DNA from: Eutreptiella sp. 'Long Island Sound 2002'
Lineage: Eukaryota; Protista; Euglenida
Assembly: GCA_964036045.1 (NCBI GenBank)
Contig: OZ038379.1
Span: 22,692,001-22,756,000 of the forward strand
DNA: 64,000 nucleotides
Direction: 5' to 3'
Part shown: in pieces, positions 59,867 to 64,000 of the stretch
Position numbering within the stretch: the stretch's first letter is position 1
Layout of the letters: each line of letters begins with the position of its first letter
Position numbers and translations under genes: made by a program
Notes under the pieces: generated by a model
Seen by the model: only the letters and a program-made list of their open reading frames with translations
What the model was told of the DNA's origin: nothing
The model's database searches: none

Positions 59867-62800
59867 TCTTGGCACACAACGGCAAAGACCCCGCACAACG
59901 ATGATACAGGAACCATGAAGCATTCGTGACAAATACCGTGTTATTTGGCACATGCTGATCGTCACGAATGACAGCGTGTCTCGGTGCGGCTGGAGCCCAT
60001 GGTGGACTAGAAGGGACCAACCACACCCAAGAATGCGGTGGACAACAAGATTGAGACAGCTCTGGTCCAAGCCAAGAATGCATCCATTGTGCTTGCCAGT
60101 CATGATGTGTTGTGGCCATGACACAGGGTCACACTAGTGCCGGTTCCACCTCTGGGAGGAAAATTGTGACCCCTAAGAAGTGTAAAGGGCTAGGGACCTG
60201 TCACAATCAGTTTTCTGGGAACGGCAAAAGACCTTTAGCCCCTACTTGTAGCAAGGGATGTGGGGATGCATGCGCCGACGAGCCGTAAACAATCCGTGCA
60301 ACGTAGAAGCACACAACACAACATTAACATGTTGCGCTGCAGCTACTGTGGATACGTGTGTAGAAACTCGGAAATGGTAGAGACTGTTGTAGGGGTGACG
60401 GACACTTGGGTAGATCCCATTGACGCCTCTGCATAGCTTAGAGCTTATGGCAGATACCCCGCAAGCAAGACACAACACTTGCCGGTTCCTTTTGAAGCCA
60501 CAATGCCCAAGCTATGCGGAATTTCTTGGCCAAGAGATTCCGAACCACATGGACATCAAAGGAGGGACCACCACCTCAATAAAGCCAAGTACCCGGGCCA
60601 AGCCTTGCTCGACCGCCGCTTGTGAAAGGGCCTAAGCGGCAGACACCATGTAGACACGAGCCTCTTAGTGACCGCATCCAAGTATTGTAGGTATGGTAGC
60701 CACGGTAGTTGTGCCAATGTAAGAGGAACGTGTTGAACGACCTACACGATGGAGAATGTCTCCACATCCACAAGTGGCGTTGGGTAGAACTCCGTGTGGC
60801 ACTAGCAATGGCTACAAATTAGACACAGTTAGCACTGGTCCTGCCGTCAAAGCCCATCCACAAGCATCCCAAGCTTGTGAAGAAGGTCGCTAGTGTATAG
60901 CAGATAGGGCGCGTGGTGCATCAAGTTTCACAACCAGGCTCAGATGTTGCAGAAATTCTTGTAGCTTGTGATAAGAGGACCCCCGTAGCACCGATATGAA
61001 GCCATGTTGCATGCCAGTAAAACCATAAACGACAAACATCCACTATGAGGCAAAACAATCCTAATGTAAAAGTTCACAAATCACAAGAATGGGCCAAGAC
61101 AATATCACGAATTGGAACCTCCAGAGAAAACAATTGGGTTGTCCCCTCACACTAATCCATGCGGACCTGTCCTACTCTAGACTTAGTGGTTGTAGGGAAG
61201 AGAGTATGCATAGAAGAGATGTCTCAAATAGAGGAAAAATGATTCCCCTCCCATAGGTTGACACGGGCCACAGGCGCTCTGAACGCCGCGATCATAGGGT
61301 AATCATGTTCGCTGACAAAGGACTGAAGTGACCAGCAAGTCATTGTCACTGGATGATAAAGATGGTGTAAGGATAACACCCCCCCCCCCTTGTATTAGCT
61401 TCACAAAAGTCCCAAATTAATGCCCTCCCTACGCCTAGCTTGCAGCTTGGGCAAGGCCATAGACACCCAAGTTCAAAAAGAGAAAATCGCATGGTGAGTG
61501 CAAGAAAGGGGAATATAATGTACGAATCCCCAAAATTGGAGCTATGTGGGTTCAAGTGGGCAAACACTCACAACAAATGTGTCCATGACTCTATGCAACT
61601 GGCAAATTTGTCACCAAATCCATGTCTTACGTGGCCGCACTACACCTGGTACTGAACCAAATTAGGTCCCAAATTGGTCCGGTCCCTACACCCACTGTAG
61701 CTTGGACAAGGCGTTAGCTTATACAGGGGGGGGGGGGTAGTTGAAAATCGTGCAGAAGGGCAAAAAAGTTGTCGCATGCCTGGTCTGTGTGGTAGAGGGA
61801 ACAGCAAAGGAGGATAGGGACCCTCCTAGGGGTTGTCGGAGGAGGTGGTTGCGTGCCCTACAAACTCAAAGCCCTTATATGGCAGTGAGTTGGGTCCCCT
61901 TCGTCCCTTCGTGTGTGTCCTTGATTTGTCCGTGGGGGGGGGGTGTTCCCAGCGGGGACCTTTGACCGCCACCTACCCGTCTGTGAGGTGCACCCAGCTT
62001 ATGCCTCGGGGAAGTGGGGGGGGGGGGGGGGTCAATGGTCGGGTCTGATCGACTCAGTGTCCCCAAAAGGACACTTCTAGCCATGAGTCCATGCGTGTGA
62101 TGGTGGCCTTGCATGTCCCTTGCTCTGCATATGCCCCAGCACCCTGCTCCCGGGCTCCTCTGGCTCTCTCATCAGCATCCACCTCCCGTGTGAGAATTGA
62201 CGAAACCAGCTTTCCTTTGGAGCCATCCACCCAGCCGGCCTCACAACTGTTAGTCCTTCATCATCCCGCCACTCAGTACTCGGAACATGAGGACACCACT
62301 ACGTCCGCACACAATCGTCATAGCTCTATGGTCGCCGCGCGCAACTCCGATGGACTATTGGTCTAACTCTAGTGTAGTGGCATGGGAAGACATGTCACCT
62401 CTGCAGACGGCTTGTGCGGCTACGCACATCCCACATCCCCGTCCTCATGCAGACACTCCTGCACTTTGAGGACCCATTGCACAGAGAATGCAATGAGGAA
62501 TGTGCAGGGGCATGTTCATGGACTCGTCCTACTTGACCAGAGCCGACATCTCTGCCCCGCTCACATCTGGACACGAACAGCTGCTCGCAGCATTTCCTTA
62601 GCCTTGTGCCTTGCCATAGCCTCGTGCAACGGTGCAAAGCCAAGCATACGGTCCCGATCATATCAACAGAGGCTTGCCATTCCAGCGTTGTGTGACACAT
62701 ATCACATCAGGGGTAGGGGAATGACCGCTGCCTGCGCAGGCCTGCGCTTGATGGGAGGGCGGCTGAAAGGGGGTCATGGGACGACGGCGGTGGCTGCTGT

Positions 62801-62999
62801 TCAGCAAATTCTGGGTGTGACACAGTTTAAGGGCAACTGGAGAGCACAGAACCAGGGGGGGGGGGGGGGTTGACCGGCGCGCTAACGTTCCCCCAGAAGC
62901 TGTTGCGGTGGAATTGACGGTCACCCCTCAGAGGGCGGGTACCCCTCCCCCCAGTCAAGCACCTGCTGCCTCTGCCTGACTTCAGCTTCGTTCTAGTGG

Positions 63000-63760
63000 C
63001 CACGTTCAGGCCACGGAATGGCTACAGCCACCATCCAGACACCAGAGAACTGTTTGAAATACTTGTGCCGATGAGATGATACAAAGCCACACCTTGTGCA
63101 CTCATATTCTACACTCTGATCACTGCACGGCGAAGCAGAACTTATGTACAGAAAATCCATTCCACCGGCCTGAAGGTGTCGATACTGCAAGAATCCGGGT
63201 TGTGCGAAAAAGGAGTTCAGCAGGAGGAGGCTGCTTTGGCGTGTTCCGAGATTAGAATGCGCTACACATGCAAAGTGGGCAATCTGTTCATCGAACTGGG
63301 CACGGACACACACGGTCACATACGCCAAAGCTAAATCACAGGTCACACCCAACCCCAAGTGGTTGGACTATTTGACAATGGCCTGGCAGCAAAAAGAGAA
63401 ACAGACATTTGGTGATGTTTGTCCTCGAAAGACTTTGTGGATATGCAGTTTGGCGCTTGGCAGCACTTGGCAGAGGCAGGTGCCCGCGTGCATGCAGGCC
63501 ATTCTTCCTCTGGGCTCTGACCGAGATGGGCAATACCGGTATTGTGGTGTTCCCCAGACATGGCTCAGACTCCCCACCGCACCTCAGCACGACGCTTGTC
63601 CTCCAAAAGCGGATGGCAGCACATGACACCCCACATGGATTCCATTGTAGCGCCACAAATATCGAATTGCGGACCGGAGCAGAGGCAGGTTACATGGCCC
63701 ATGCTTTCACGGCCACCAAGGTCATGAGCATGGACCCAGTGCCACCATGCAACTGAGTGT
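63000..63760 (-). pseudogene. Decayed pogo/Tigger-like (DDE_1) transposase remnant
   Basis: In order: TLVAVKA...SIF, FWRTSVV (resembles WMTS), GLHARGH (resembles LDxxxxH), NITKCLFLFLLPGHCQIVQPLGVG (resembles NIxLxFLPPxxTxxLQPLDVG), with stops. Confidence 0.55.
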
Positions 63761-64000
63761 GCCTCAACCCTTCAGGCAGGGTGGCGGAGGAGTGTGAAGA
63801 GAGGATGAGCGGTGCCGTAAGGCTGATGGTTCACAATGACGCAGATTAAAGTGTCCTGTGCACTCCTCCTTCTCTTGAGCATTTCAATGGTCATGACTGG
63901 AAGCCTATTTGGATGGGCAACAGTGAAATTCAAGCCGTTTGTGTACCTGACTTAGTTTTGGTCCGCAGGGGCGCTTTGCCGGATTGGCAGGTGGCACCTT

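Noticed and set aside
59380-60760. Decayed retroelement ORF on the minus strand
   Set aside because: Coding-like texture with many stops but no diagnostic motif that I could identify.

Overview
Repeat-dominated eukaryotic DNA, with canonical GT-AG introns, TTAGGG-type repeats, GC3-rich exons and long (CA)n arrays. A large-genome protist such as a euglenid is my inference. One clear host gene is present: a minus-strand class III adenylate cyclase with a multi-TM anchor (exons 48795-48094 and 32463-31090, about 691 aa). Its single 15.6-kb intron is mostly a nest of non-LTR retrotransposons. There are three distinct APE/RT/RNase H-type LINE families: A (1-6240, +), B (about 35024-48093, +, near full length, plus two 3' fragments) and C (about 26014-28225, -, 5'-truncated). 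All copies are disabled by a few stops or frameshifts, and each abuts its own microsatellite. The rest is MITEs with 8-10 bp TSDs (one carrying telomeric repeats), decayed hAT/pogo transposase and retroelement remnants, tRNA-derived SINE heads, an orphan spliced exon and satellites. The most interesting hypothesis is that these LINEs share two unannotated modules: a conserved domain just upstream of the endonuclease, and a degenerate PCIF1-like N6-adenine methyltransferase-type domain placed at different positions in different families. Family B also appears to insert serially into its own (CACAC)n tail. All protein-family calls come from motif reading by eye; no searches were run.
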